From contig CAYLUN010000011.1 in the NCBI GenBank assembly GCA_964386865.1, positions 12,058 to 76,057 on the forward strand: a stretch of 64,000 nt of DNA. Reading direction: 5' to 3'. The first letter of the stretch is position 1. Every line of letters begins with the position of its first letter. The position numbers and the translations under genes were made by a program. Source of the DNA: an uncultured Lentisphaeraceae bacterium (lineage in GTDB: Bacteria; Verrucomicrobiota; Kiritimatiellia; RFP12; UBA1067). The notes under the pieces were generated by a model. It ran no database searches, was not told where the DNA came from, and saw only the letters and a list, made by a program, of their open reading frames with translations. This document shows positions 10,201 to 18,117 of this stretch, piece after piece.

Positions 10201-13200
10201 CGAGGCTGCGCCCGTCGCGGGCGAAGGCCGCGGGGGTGTCGGCCTGGAGCGTCGCGGCGCCGGTGCCGACCGCGTCGAGCGTGCCGTCGCGGCCGAGGCC
10301 CGACGCGTCGGCGACCGCGTTGGTGGCTGTGGCGTCGGGCGGCTCGAAGTCGTACACGAGCAGCGTGCGCGTGTCGGGGCCGGCGTCGGTGGCGGCGAAG
10401 CTGAAGAGCGGCACCCCGGTGAAGCCGGGGGTGGGGGTGAAGCGGGCGGTGTGGCCGTCGGCCAGCAGGGCCACGGTGCCGTTGACGGCGCCTGAGACGG
10501 TGAAGCGCAGGTGTTCGGGCGGGGTGGCGTCGTCGGTGGCATAGCCGCGCAGATCGACGTCCACGTAGCCTGCGAGGTCGCCGAAGGCGTTGCCGTCCGC
10601 GGCGACGGGCGCGTCGTTGGCGGCCGCGAGGTTCCAGGCGCTCAGGGCGGTCAGAGCCGGCGGCGCGGCCGGGGCCGACTCTCCGCTGGCCAGCGGCACG
10701 AACCAGACGGCGAGCGTGGTGTTCGTCACGCCGGCCAGCTTGATCGCGAGCTTCTTGAAGCCCGTATTGGCGTTCTGGTTGGTCGGGTTCGGCGACGTAG
10801 CCAGCGGCACGGCGTTCGTGATCAGGAAGGTGCCGCCGCCGCTGAGGATCTTGCACCAGAGGCGGTCCGAGCCCTGGGTCATCATCGCCGAGGTGCCCCC
10901 GGGCTCGATCTCCACGGTGGTCGCGGGATAGGCGTAGTGCGCGAACCACCAGACGGTCTTGCCCGTGGACGCCTGGATCTCGTCCTGGAGCAGCATTTCG
11001 TTGCGTGCGCCGAGCAGGCGGGTGCCGCGCCAGACGCGCGTCATGCCGCTGTAGACGGGCGTGAGGTCGTGGATCGCGAAGCTGCCGGAGCCGCCGGGCT
11101 CGCTCGCGTAGGCGACGAGCGGCGCGACGGCGTTAAGCACCATGTCGGCGTTCGCGCTGGGATTGATGGTCAGCGTGTTTTGACCCTCGGGGCGCATGCG
11201 GTAATAGTCCCAGCGGTCGATGCCTGTGCTCGGCGTGTCGCTGAAGTAGCCGGGGAGCGCGTAGTTATCGCCGCCGAGGTCGTGGAACCAGCGCTTGCCG
11301 AGCGCGTCGAGCACGAAAGTTCCGGCGTCGAGGTTGCCGTGCGACGCGCCCATCTCGCCGCCCTTGCAGCCGATGAATGTCGTGCGGCTGCCGCTCCACG
11401 TGCCGCGCAGCGTGACCATCTCCTGCGGCTGGAAGGCGGTGCCCGACTCGCCGTGGAAAGCCATATCGGGCTGCGTGTCGAGGTCGGTGAGCGAGGCGGC
11501 CTGGCCGTCCCACCAGAGCGCGTCCAGCGCGCCGCCGCTGCCTTGGTTCTCCCACCACGCGTAGAGCGGCTGGCCATAACGCCGGGCGAACCACTGGTAG
11601 ACGGGGCCGCGCGAGGCGCCGCCCGCGCTGGCGTCGGCATAGTTGAAGATCTTGCCCGAGGGGCCGAGTGCGAAGATGGGGGCGAGGCCCGTCTCGGAGA
11701 GGTCGACGGTGGCGCCGATGCCGAAGTCGCTGCCCAGCGCCCACTCGAGCGCGGCCAGCATGCGGATGCCGTACTCGGTGGTGTAGCCCCAGTAGCCCGG
11801 GCCCTCGTACCACGCGCCGTTGTCGGTGGTGAAGTGCTTCCAGACGGGCCGCGTGGAGTTGATGGCGCGGTTGAGGATGTTCTCGACGAGGGACTCGCTC
11901 TCGGTGCCCAGCGCGAGCGCGCCCATGGAGAGGCCGCCGTTGCAGACCATGTTCCAGTTGTTGCCCGAGCTTTGCGACCAGCCGACGTTGGCGGTGTACT
12001 GGGATAGCCCCGCGTTGAGGCCGTTGGTGATGATCGCGCCGCGGATTACGGCGCGGCGGTCGGCGGTCCAGTAGTGGTAAAACCAGTCGTAGCCGATGGC
12101 GCAGGCGTGGGTCATCTCGGCCGTGTCGAGGAAGTGCGCGGGGTGCCAGTCCGGGAAGGCGGCGACCGCGCTCAGCTCCTCCCACGCGCGCTCGGCGTAC
12201 TGGCTGTCGCCGGTGAGCTGCCAGGCGACGCCGAGCTTGTATAGGCGGTCTTTCGCGGTGCGCGACTGGTCGAGGATGGTGTCCCGCACATCCTGCGTGT
12301 AGGTGACGGGGTCTTGCGTGAGGATCGTGTTCGCGCCGCTGATGGCGCTCTGCGCCCAGGTCTTGGGCTGGCTGGCGGCGGCGCTCTGCCAGGAGTCGCG
12401 GAGGCGCGCGAAGCGCTCGGTGGTGGCAAAGAGGCGGGGGTGCCCTTGCGCCAGGGTGTTCAGCAGCGCGGCCTCAGACGGCTGCGCGTTGGTCAGCCCC
12501 GGCTGCACGAGCGCGCTGCCGGGCACGACGCTGAACGCGGCGTCGCCGGGCTTCATCCAGCCCACGCTCCAGTGGTCGGAGCCGGTGCTCTCTTTGTGCA
12601 GCAGCTCCACGTAGTAGCGCTGGCCCTGCGTCAGCGTCCGCGGCGCGGACTGCTGCGAGGGTTGGGCGTCCCACACGCGGAAGCTGGTGGCGTTGGTCAC
12701 GCTGGCGATGAGAGCCTTGTTGTTCGTGGTCGAATCGGCGCTCAGGTAGAGCTGAGCGACGTCGTCGCCGCTGACGGCAAAGGTGTAGCTGCCCGACTCA
12801 GGCGGCACGATGTAGCCGGTGACGCGCGTGCCGTAGGCGTTGGTCCAGCTCTGCGCCAGGCACTCGAAGGTGGTGATGAACTCGCGGCCGCTAGGCTTGC
12901 TCGGGTAGTTCGCGTTGGCGGTGAGCGAGGTGATGGCGCCACCGGAGATCCCGGCCCAGTGCTCCTTGAGGAGCGCGCCGCCGGCCTTCTCGACGCGGGC
13001 GGAGAAGAGCCGCTCCGCTGGGATCACCTCGCGGGCGCGTGAGGCGCAGGACCACTCGAGTTTGGCTCTGGCGCTGCCGGACTGCTCCACGAGCTCGAGC
13101 CGAATGTTGACGCGCTGGCCGGCGTGGAGCGCGACCTGCCCGCGGAACTCCTGCGACGTGTAGAAGGTGCGCAGCGCGACGAGCTGGTCGTTCACCCAGA

Positions 13201-13534
13201 GGCGCGCGCTGTCGTCGGCCGCGACGATGAAGGTGTAGAGCTCGGAGAACGCCGGCTCGATCTGGCCAGACCACACAACGGAGAAGGTGTCGCCGCTGGT
13301 CAGGGCGGTGCCGGAGGGGATGGACGTGCCCCAGTCGAAGTTCACGGTTGCGTCGACGCGCGTGGTCTTCAGCGTTCCGAAGGTCGCGGTGTCGTAGTAC
13401 TGCCCAGTCAGGCCGCTCGCGGCGTGAAGGCGCGGCGCGGCAAGCAGGCACGCAGCAGCAAGCAGGAGTCGCGTGCAGCATACGAGCGCCGCGCACGTGG
13501 GGCGCGTCACAAATCGGTCGGATAACACTCTCAT
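4214..13534 (-). CDS. Giant (about 3100 aa) secreted surface/adhesin-like protein: 2x PA14, heparinase II/III-like domain, cadherin-like, LamG, long array of autotransporter-associated beta-strand (PATR) repeats
   Basis: ORF track 4214..13918. The signal peptide begins at internal Met (MRVLSDRF...LLAAPRLHAASG), which corresponds to the ATG at 13534. PA14 motifs are present (GLTGQYYDTATF..., SGSYTFAVSGDD). A heparinase II/III-like region is present (HACAIGYDWFYHYW, NNWNMVCNGG). LamG is present (NWTISGWFKR...VWHHVAVV...LYLNGA). Dozens of repeats follow of the form TLSGTNTYSGxT...GTL.L. Confidence 0.85.
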   Translation of the reverse strand: MRVLSDRFVTRPTCAALVCCTRLLLAAACLLAAPRLHAASGLTGQYYDTATFGTLKTTRVDATVNFDWGTSIPSGTALTSGDTFSVVWSGQIEPAFSELYTFIVAADDSARLWVNDQLVALRTFYTSQEFRGQVALHAGQRVNIRLELVEQSGSARAKLEWSCASRAREVIPAERLFSARVEKAGGALLKEHWAGISGGAITSLTANANYPSKPSGREFITTFECLAQSWTNAYGTRVTGYIVPPESGSYTFAVSGDDVAQLYLSADSTTNNKALIASVTNATSFRVWDAQPSQQSAPRTLTQGQRYYVELLHKESTGSDHWSVGWMKPGDAAFSVVPGSALVQPGLTNAQPSEAALLNTLAQGHPRLFATTERFARLRDSWQSAAASQPKTWAQSAISGANTILTQDPVTYTQDVRDTILDQSRTAKDRLYKLGVAWQLTGDSQYAERAWEELSAVAAFPDWHPAHFLDTAEMTHACAIGYDWFYHYWTADRRAVIRGAIITNGLNAGLSQYTANVGWSQSSGNNWNMVCNGGLSMGALALGTESESLVENILNRAINSTRPVWKHFTTDNGAWYEGPGYWGYTTEYGIRMLAALEWALGSDFGIGATVDLSETGLAPIFALGPSGKIFNYADASAGGASRGPVYQWFARRYGQPLYAWWENQGSGGALDALWWDGQAASLTDLDTQPDMAFHGESGTAFQPQEMVTLRGTWSGSRTTFIGCKGGEMGASHGNLDAGTFVLDALGKRWFHDLGGDNYALPGYFSDTPSTGIDRWDYYRMRPEGQNTLTINPSANADMVLNAVAPLVAYASEPGGSGSFAIHDLTPVYSGMTRVWRGTRLLGARNEMLLQDEIQASTGKTVWWFAHYAYPATTVEIEPGGTSAMMTQGSDRLWCKILSGGGTFLITNAVPLATSPNPTNQNANTGFKKLAIKLAGVTNTTLAVWFVPLASGESAPAAPPALTALSAWNLAAANDAPVAADGNAFGDLAGYVDVDLRGYATDDATPPEHLRFTVSGAVNGTVALLADGHTARFTPTPGFTGVPLFSFAATDAGPDTRTLLVYDFEPPDATATNAVADASGLGRDGTLDAVGTGAATLQADTPAAFARDGRSLDLAENGGANAARLSRVVASNELNFSTGNWTISGWFKRRDSANEDMVWHLNNGDGYGTNEELYLVADGASSLSLQHFPGPDVNIVTNAAPGVWHHVAVVRSGTTMRLYLNGALAGEDASYSLSLNQTYPLIFGGHTDTNAAYAPRWLDGRLDDLAVHKAALTATEIAALASGLTARHLGGLTATGTITLASAPSTYVWTNAAAGATLPWSTASSWSGNATPTASRGATLQFFTAKTLAGGAVTSRNDSAGDFTLNALSLAGTASSAATVTLTGGPLAFQNNGLTAPSLSLDATAGSGLTYLLAMPVTLSADTTVDGAGTATFRIGGPVSGPGGLVKAGNKTLTLSGTNTYSGDTVIQEGTLQIGADGATGTLGAGPVENDGQLRFDRTGTLAVPNAISGAGSLYVDCPKNGGTVVLSGTNTFTGGVTVNSGALRITGSAALGDGEKQISLYNGTAGAPQLRLDGSSTPIDLPAAITYRTSHADGAIINEAGDNTLRGDITLTGGGGDTKITSSAGTLTLTGTLGPNTTSRTLQLAGTGNGAIFGAITNGGVNLLSASKSDAGRWLLAGSNTYSGATSLNAGTLALGHPFALGRGGLVYGNNNGACTLASGSTLDLGGQADVTEILTVRGSGVGGAGALVNTAAEPASLAGGAVSVVTVTSGGTHSAAPSVSFSGPGSGASAVATLGLTAASFTLSPGTTVYSAAPSVSLSGGGGSGAAVTATLTNGVLSGITITSAGTGYSSAPALAFSGGTILTPGVAPSGVGNATNFTVSGLQLTSSGSGYTAAPSVSFGSGAGTLATAHLSSMALGANTVVGGSGDIQIGAPVSGSYALTKVGAGLLALAGTNTYSGATTVSNGTLALLSNLAGNLTVATGTLAPSGAPSIAGSLAVHAGGRLSVRIDGPAAGTQYDTLAVAGAVTLAGALDLQAGTGLPSASAFTLINSTGAGAVSGTFTNKPNNSAFVEDGYRWRITYAGGTGNDVVLALASLPVLSDVTNLTVAANTSTGPIPFTVGDAETDAAALTLSAASSNATLMPTNRILFGGSGAERTVTLTPASNQTGTATVTLTVSDGIDTASDSFVLSVVASSVWTNTAAGAALPWTQGASWLAGTPAFSHTNGAVEFLPGQALEPGTLTATNNNAGTFQLAILRLAGTGPASGAAAVALVGQPLAFGNGSVAPALRLDAEAGPDGLTYTLANAATLVTTVSVEGDGSAAFLLSGPLQGGGGLAKSGAASLSLTGANTYGGGLALASGAGTTYATLSASQSGLGTGPVAIGPGATLQLDNVSTVAGLVAKTNAFSGTGTLRLNFSSGATARATALPGATGFAGIVQLAGAGATGDKWDAGGVLAPAATVQIDAGTTLMLSNAAASFAGVSVRGSGNAEGRGALRLATASATLSAPLTLLADTTLAGDAAGATFTGPIAGTAGTGATQTLAQGTAASAAGCTISGALADGPNGGRLALAQTRGTLTLSGASTYSGATTVSGGTLLLGATDALPVSGAVTLGTTAGAGALALGAFSQTLATVLVASTNAALTNLVSVAPGQTLALTGLGGLTVGTDSGTNSTTRCRIFGGGSLLVTNAAALVTVGKAQSTQNYYNACWLDLAGLACVSFGTPDAPLSELRVGFGQTTSGQLTLSDTSNAVASTAVQIGHSSGSNGGTSTVVLGAGANVIAANTVNIGLSKSSGTLKFASQAAGSPGTLTLIGRTRPAADLTLGAKTATGTSATPVGTLDLRGHLATVVAGTLILGKEDNNTSVTNYNGGATGNLSFDGGTFTASNLLMAAKSGIRTGAATATLTVSGGVFTVLSGGSFSLASQSGGGSATGTLNVNGGTFACNADIRDLGSNSLSTINLNGGTLDMTGHVIGTATQRIDVLNARAGTLMNLGQFNNGASLVKTGVGTLVLAGTNAYTGTTVASNGVLRLAGPAVLPPAANVSILSGASVDLAYVGTQTVHTLTVNGNQKLEGVYGASRLSPYLTGAGFLRTQWPPSPRTLLLLR

Positions 13535-13898
13535 ATTTTGCAATCCTGTCGCAGGCCCTAAGCAGCAGCACACCCCGTCAACGCATACGTTACACCACGC
13601 GCGCGCGCGGCGTCCAGCGAAACAGCGATTCTCACCAGGGCCTAAATGCCAGAGACGGACTGAAGGCAGGCCTCCCCGCGTTTCATTCCGTGCTCGTAGT
13701 CCGGGCTTCGGCCCGCTTCTTCCGGAATCGGGCTGGCCAGAATGAGAATGGCGGCCCGCGAAGCCCTCGCGGCTCCAGCAGGTCGGCGCCACGAAACGCG
13801 GTGCGCCCGGGTGTTTCCTGCGTGTTTCCGTTGACGTTAGGCGTGCGGAGAGATAAACTATTATCACCTGACAAGATTCTATTGGAAAGGAACGCAAG

Positions 13899-14432
13899 AT
13901 GAAAAACCTGTTCTTCATAGCTGCCTGTATCGTCGGCGGTCTTCTGTCCGGCTGTGTGGTGTCCGATCCGTGGGCTCCGCAGTATACGAGTCCCGTTGTG
14001 GTGGATCCGACTCCGACTTATGTCACGCCGGCACCGCGCGCGCCGAAACCGATTGTGGTGGATCCGGTGCCGTTCATCGTTCCGCCGGTTGATCTCCGCC
14101 CGGGAAGGCCTGCCGATCCGATTCGTATTACGCCAAACCCGCACGGAACACCCCACTTTAACCCCGGCCGGGGCCAGCATGGGATTCCCCAGCATCAACC
14201 GTCGCCTCAGCTCCAGCATCAGCCCTCGCACCAGCCTGGGCATCAGCCCTCGCATCAGCCCTCGCATCAGCCTGGCCAGCAGCTCCAGAAGCAGCCTGGG
14301 CAGCAGATCCAGAAGCAGCCTGGGCAGCAGATCCAGAAGCAGCCTGGGCAGCAGCAACAGCAGCAGCAGCCTGGGCAGCAGCAAAAGCCTAAGCAGGAGC
14401 AGCAACTTCAGACGCAGCCGAAGCACCCCTGA
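13899..14432 (+). CDS. Pro/Gln-rich tandem-repeat lipoprotein, hypothetical
   Basis: RBS GGAAAGGA precedes the ATG. Lipobox LLSGC is present. The C-terminal half is made of HQPS/HQPG and QKQPGQQI peptide repeats, encoded by near-perfect nucleotide tandem repeats at about 14190-14400. Confidence 0.7.
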   Translation: MKNLFFIAACIVGGLLSGCVVSDPWAPQYTSPVVVDPTPTYVTPAPRAPKPIVVDPVPFIVPPVDLRPGRPADPIRITPNPHGTPHFNPGRGQHGIPQHQPSPQLQHQPSHQPGHQPSHQPSHQPGQQLQKQPGQQIQKQPGQQIQKQPGQQQQQQQPGQQQKPKQEQQLQTQPKHP

Positions 14433-14631
14433 TTCGTGCGAGGAGGGGGCGGTGGGCTGAAGCGCAGAGCCGCGACTGCATGCAGGCTCGTGACGAAACG
14501 CGCGTCGTCGTGCCGTCCGGTCATGCCGGCGGCGCGACGAGTTCGTTTGCGAGCGGGGGGCTGGGCGGCCGTGAAGAAGCGCGTTCTGAGGAATGTGAGC
14601 CAGTGACACTAAACCGTTGAATGGGGGGGAT

Positions 14632-16179
14632 ATGAAACAGTCCGCGTCTGCATCCGTCGTGTGTGCCCTGCTTCTCTGTTCAGCCGCTGTCCGTGCGGAC
14701 GTCATGCTTCCGCCGGCCATTTCCGACCACATGGTGATCCAGAGCGGGGCTGCCGCGCCGATCTGGGGCAAGGCTTCGCCGGGCGAGGCGGTAACGGTCT
14801 GCATCGCCGGACAGACGAAGACGGCGACCGCCGACGCGCAGGGCCAGTGGAAGGTGACGCTCGACCCGCTGAAAGTCGCCGAGGGGCTCACGCTCACCGT
14901 GAAGGGCAAGAACGCGATTGAGGTTCAGGACGTGCTGGTCGGCGAGGTGTGGCTGGGCTCCGGCCAGTCGAACATGGACATGCACGTCAACAGCTACACC
15001 AACAACGACCCCGTTCTGGCTCAGGCGGCCGCGACGAGCTATCCGAAGCTACGCCTGCTCCACAAGGGCCGCAAGGGGTGGGAAGAGGCTACGCCCGCTA
15101 ACAACGCCCAGTTCTCGGCGCTGCTCTTCGCGTTCGGGTTCCGCCTCCAGCAGGAGCTGGGCGTGCCGGTCGGCATCATGGTCGGCGCGGTGGGCGGCAC
15201 GCCGTCAGGCTACTGGCTGACGGAGGAGATGTACCGCGGCGACGCGGCCTGCCGCGCGCAGGCGGAGGAGTTCGCGAAGACGTATGATTTTGCCGCGGCT
15301 CAGAAGAAGTACGAGGAGCAGCTCGCCGCGTGGAAGGTGGAGGCGGGGAAGGCGAAGCAGGAGAAGGTCAAGGTGCCTCGGCAGCCCGCCGCTCCGGCGA
15401 AGGCGGGCGAGTCCTCCGGCCGCATCGGCAACCTCTACGAGGCCCACGTGCGACCCTACGCGCCCTACGCGATCCGCGGCGTGCTGTGGGACCAGGGCGA
15501 GAGCGGCACGGCCATCACGGGCGTGGACCAGTTCAACGTCATGGGCGCACTGATCAAGGGGTGGCGCAAGGAGTGGGGCCAGGAGTTTCCCTTCCTCTAT
15601 GTGCAGAAGACCAGCGGCGGCGGCGCGGCGTGGGATCCGGCAGACCCGGTGACGAAGAACGCGAGCACGTTCAGCCCGCTGCCCGCTCAGGTGCCCGGAG
15701 CGGGCGACGGCCTCTACCGCGAACTGCACATCAAGATCCAGCAGCATCCGAAGACCGCGATGGTCACAAGCACCGACCTCGGCAGCGGCGTGCACCCCAT
15801 CAGCAAGTCGGGGTACGGCGCGCGCGCCGTGCGCGTGGCGCTGGGCTTCGTCTACGGCAAGCCGGTCGAGATCAGCGGCCCGGCCTACGCGTCGCACGCG
15901 GTGGAGGGAAACAAGGTGCGCGTCAAGTTCGCGCATGTCGGCCAAGGCCTCGCGGCCCGCCACAGCGACAAGCTGCAGGGCTTCATGGTCGCGGGCGCGG
16001 ACAAGAAGTTCGTGTGGGCCGACGCGGCGATCGACGGCGACAGCGTGGTCGTGTCGAGCGCGGCGGTGCCGAGCCCGGTGGCGGTGCGCTACGCGTGGTC
16101 CGGCAACGCGCCGTGGGCGAACCTGTTCAACAAAGACGGCCTGCCCGCGCTCACCTTCCGCACCGACGACTGGAGGTGA
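14632..16179 (+). CDS. Sialate O-acetylesterase (SASA/DUF303 carbohydrate esterase family)
   Basis: Signal peptide present. The GDS-type motif VWLGSGQSNM is characteristic of SASA-family esterases. The ATG at 14632 follows a GGGGGGA RBS; the track start at 14617 is TTG. Confidence 0.8.
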   Translation: MKQSASASVVCALLLCSAAVRADVMLPPAISDHMVIQSGAAAPIWGKASPGEAVTVCIAGQTKTATADAQGQWKVTLDPLKVAEGLTLTVKGKNAIEVQDVLVGEVWLGSGQSNMDMHVNSYTNNDPVLAQAAATSYPKLRLLHKGRKGWEEATPANNAQFSALLFAFGFRLQQELGVPVGIMVGAVGGTPSGYWLTEEMYRGDAACRAQAEEFAKTYDFAAAQKKYEEQLAAWKVEAGKAKQEKVKVPRQPAAPAKAGESSGRIGNLYEAHVRPYAPYAIRGVLWDQGESGTAITGVDQFNVMGALIKGWRKEWGQEFPFLYVQKTSGGGAAWDPADPVTKNASTFSPLPAQVPGAGDGLYRELHIKIQQHPKTAMVTSTDLGSGVHPISKSGYGARAVRVALGFVYGKPVEISGPAYASHAVEGNKVRVKFAHVGQGLAARHSDKLQGFMVAGADKKFVWADAAIDGDSVVVSSAAVPSPVAVRYAWSGNAPWANLFNKDGLPALTFRTDDWR

Positions 16180-16185
16180 GAGGCT

Positions 16186-17076
16186 TTGGCTGACGGAAGT
16201 CCGAGAGCAGCTAGGCTTCTGGCCGCGTTAGCGGTTGCGTTCGCTTGTCCGCCCGTGCGTGAGGCCTGCGCGGATGATTTGACGTGCGGCGCGCAGCGCT
16301 CCGGGAAAGTTCCCGCGGAGGTTCGGATCGCCTACGGTCTGGGCGAGTTCTACCAGAAGCACGCGGCGGTCGGCGAGCTGTCGGTGGTGGCCTCCGCGCG
16401 GGTGTCGGACTTCGCGCTGCACGAGGCGGCGTGGATTCTGGGACGCGTGATGGACGGGCGGGGGGACTTGCTGCGGACGATGGCCAGCAACGGCTGCCTG
16501 GTGGCTGTGATGGCGTGGAGCGAGTACACGACCGACCTGCCGCAGCAGCGGGGCCTGAAGCCGAAGGCGTACTGGGACAAGCGTGCGCGCGGGCTGGGCG
16601 GGGCGCTGGTCAGTTGCGGCGAAGAGAACCTGCTGGCCTATCCAGGCGACCCCTATCCGGACGAGAACATTCTGATCCACGAGTTTGCGCACGCGGTCTA
16701 TGAGCAGGGGCTCCGCGCGGCCGATCCGACGTTCGACGCCCGGCTGAAGGCTGCCTACGCGCAGGCGATGGAGCGTGGCCTGTGGAAGGGCACGTATTCG
16801 GCGGAGAACCCCTCCGAGTATTGGGCTGCGGGGTCGCAGGACTGGTTCGGCCGCAAGCGGGAGAACGACGCCGCGACCAACCACGTCAACACCCGCGAGG
16901 AGCTGAAGGCGTACGACCCGTCGCTCGCCGCGCTGTGCAAGGAGGTGTACGGCGACCGCGCGTGGCGTTACCGCGCGCCTGCGGAGCGTGCGCCCGAGGG
17001 ACGCGCGCATCTGGTCGGCAATGACTCCGCGAAAGCGCCGCGCTTCCGCTGGCCCGAGGAGGGGCAAGATGAATAG
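16186..17076 (+). CDS. Secreted putative zinc metallopeptidase (HEXXH motif)
   Basis: TTG start 6 nt after GGAGGTGAG. Signal peptide AARLLAALAVAFA. HEFAH zincin motif (ILIHEFAHAVYEQG). Confidence 0.55.
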   Translation: MADGSPRAARLLAALAVAFACPPVREACADDLTCGAQRSGKVPAEVRIAYGLGEFYQKHAAVGELSVVASARVSDFALHEAAWILGRVMDGRGDLLRTMASNGCLVAVMAWSEYTTDLPQQRGLKPKAYWDKRARGLGGALVSCGEENLLAYPGDPYPDENILIHEFAHAVYEQGLRAADPTFDARLKAAYAQAMERGLWKGTYSAENPSEYWAAGSQDWFGRKRENDAATNHVNTREELKAYDPSLAALCKEVYGDRAWRYRAPAERAPEGRAHLVGNDSAKAPRFRWPEEGQDE

Positions 17077-18103
17077 ACTGCTGTTTGTGAGCATGGGCGT
17101 CATCTGCACGCTGGCAGCGGTAGAGACGCCCGGGCGCGAGGTTACCTTTCTCTCGACCTCGGATTGCCATTACCGCGAGCCGGATCATCCGCTCGGCTGT
17201 CATAACGACCAGAACCGCTTCACGATTGAGGCGATGAATAGCATCACGAATGTGGCGTGGCCTGCGTCGCTGGGCGGCGGGCTGGTCGCCGCGCCGCGCG
17301 GCGTGGTGGTGCTGGGCGACTGCATCGACGACGGCGACAAGAAGGTCGGCGGGCGGGTGTTCAGCCGGGAGCAGTACGACCTGTTTGTCGGCGATTTCGG
17401 TCTGGTCGGCAACGACGGCTTGCTGAAGTTCCCCGTCTTCGAAGGGTGGGGCAACCACGACGGGCCGCCCGAGGGAAAAGAGAAGTCGGGCTTCAGTTAT
17501 CAGGCGAACCTCAAGAAGCGCAACGTGATCCGCAAGGGCAAGGGGCTGATCTCCAACCTCGCGAACAACGGTTTGCACTATTCGTGGGAGTGGGACGACG
17601 TCCATTTCGTGCACCTGAATTTTTATCCGGCCGACTCGCAGCGGGCCGGTGTAAAGTACTCGCCGGTGTGGCATGACCCGCAGGCTGCCCTGAGCTTCCT
17701 GAAGAGCGATCTGGCTGAAAAGGTAGGTGCGAGCGGCCGGCCGGTCGTGCTGCTCAGCCACTGTGGGTTTGACACCGACTGGTGGACGGCCGAGGACTGG
17801 AAGGCGCTCTACGAGGCGGCGCGGCCTTACCGGGTGGTGCTGTATCTCTACGGGCATACGGGCACGGGGCTCGTTCAGTGGGCGCCTGCGGGCGAGCCGG
17901 CGAAGTGGACGTGCATCAACGACGGCCAGACCGAAGCCGGTTTCTTTGTGATCCAGATACAGGGCGACCGCCTCCGCGCCGCCTATCGCCGCAAGGCGGG
18001 GTCGACCGTCGTGAAAGATCCCGGCGGTAAGGCGCGCCGCGAGTGGGCGGGAAAATGGGAGTGGCAACACGCGATGGAGTGGCCGTTGCGGGCAGGTGAG
18101 TAG
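17069..18103 (+). CDS. Calcineurin-like metallophosphoesterase
   Basis: The internal ATG at 17069 is preceded by GAGGGG and overlaps the upstream stop. Motifs GDCIDDGD, GNHD and GHTG are present. Confidence 0.75.
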   Translation: MNRLLFVSMGVICTLAAVETPGREVTFLSTSDCHYREPDHPLGCHNDQNRFTIEAMNSITNVAWPASLGGGLVAAPRGVVVLGDCIDDGDKKVGGRVFSREQYDLFVGDFGLVGNDGLLKFPVFEGWGNHDGPPEGKEKSGFSYQANLKKRNVIRKGKGLISNLANNGLHYSWEWDDVHFVHLNFYPADSQRAGVKYSPVWHDPQAALSFLKSDLAEKVGASGRPVVLLSHCGFDTDWWTAEDWKALYEAARPYRVVLYLYGHTGTGLVQWAPAGEPAKWTCINDGQTEAGFFVIQIQGDRLRAAYRRKAGSTVVKDPGGKARREWAGKWEWQHAMEWPLRAGE

Positions 18104-18117
18104 GAGATCGGATTCTC

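Noticed and set aside
13535-13918. Extra 128 codons at the 5' end of the giant minus-strand ORF (MKNRFFILRS...)
   Set aside because: The signal peptide begins at the internal Met (13534). The upstream segment is Cys/Arg-rich with no features, and it overlaps the divergent promoter and start of the lipoprotein gene at 13899.
14150-14400. Possible CRISPR-like or minisatellite array suggested by the short direct repeats
   Set aside because: The repeats are in-frame codon repeats inside a lipoprotein CDS (HQPS/QKQPGQQI units). There are no spacers and no cas genes.
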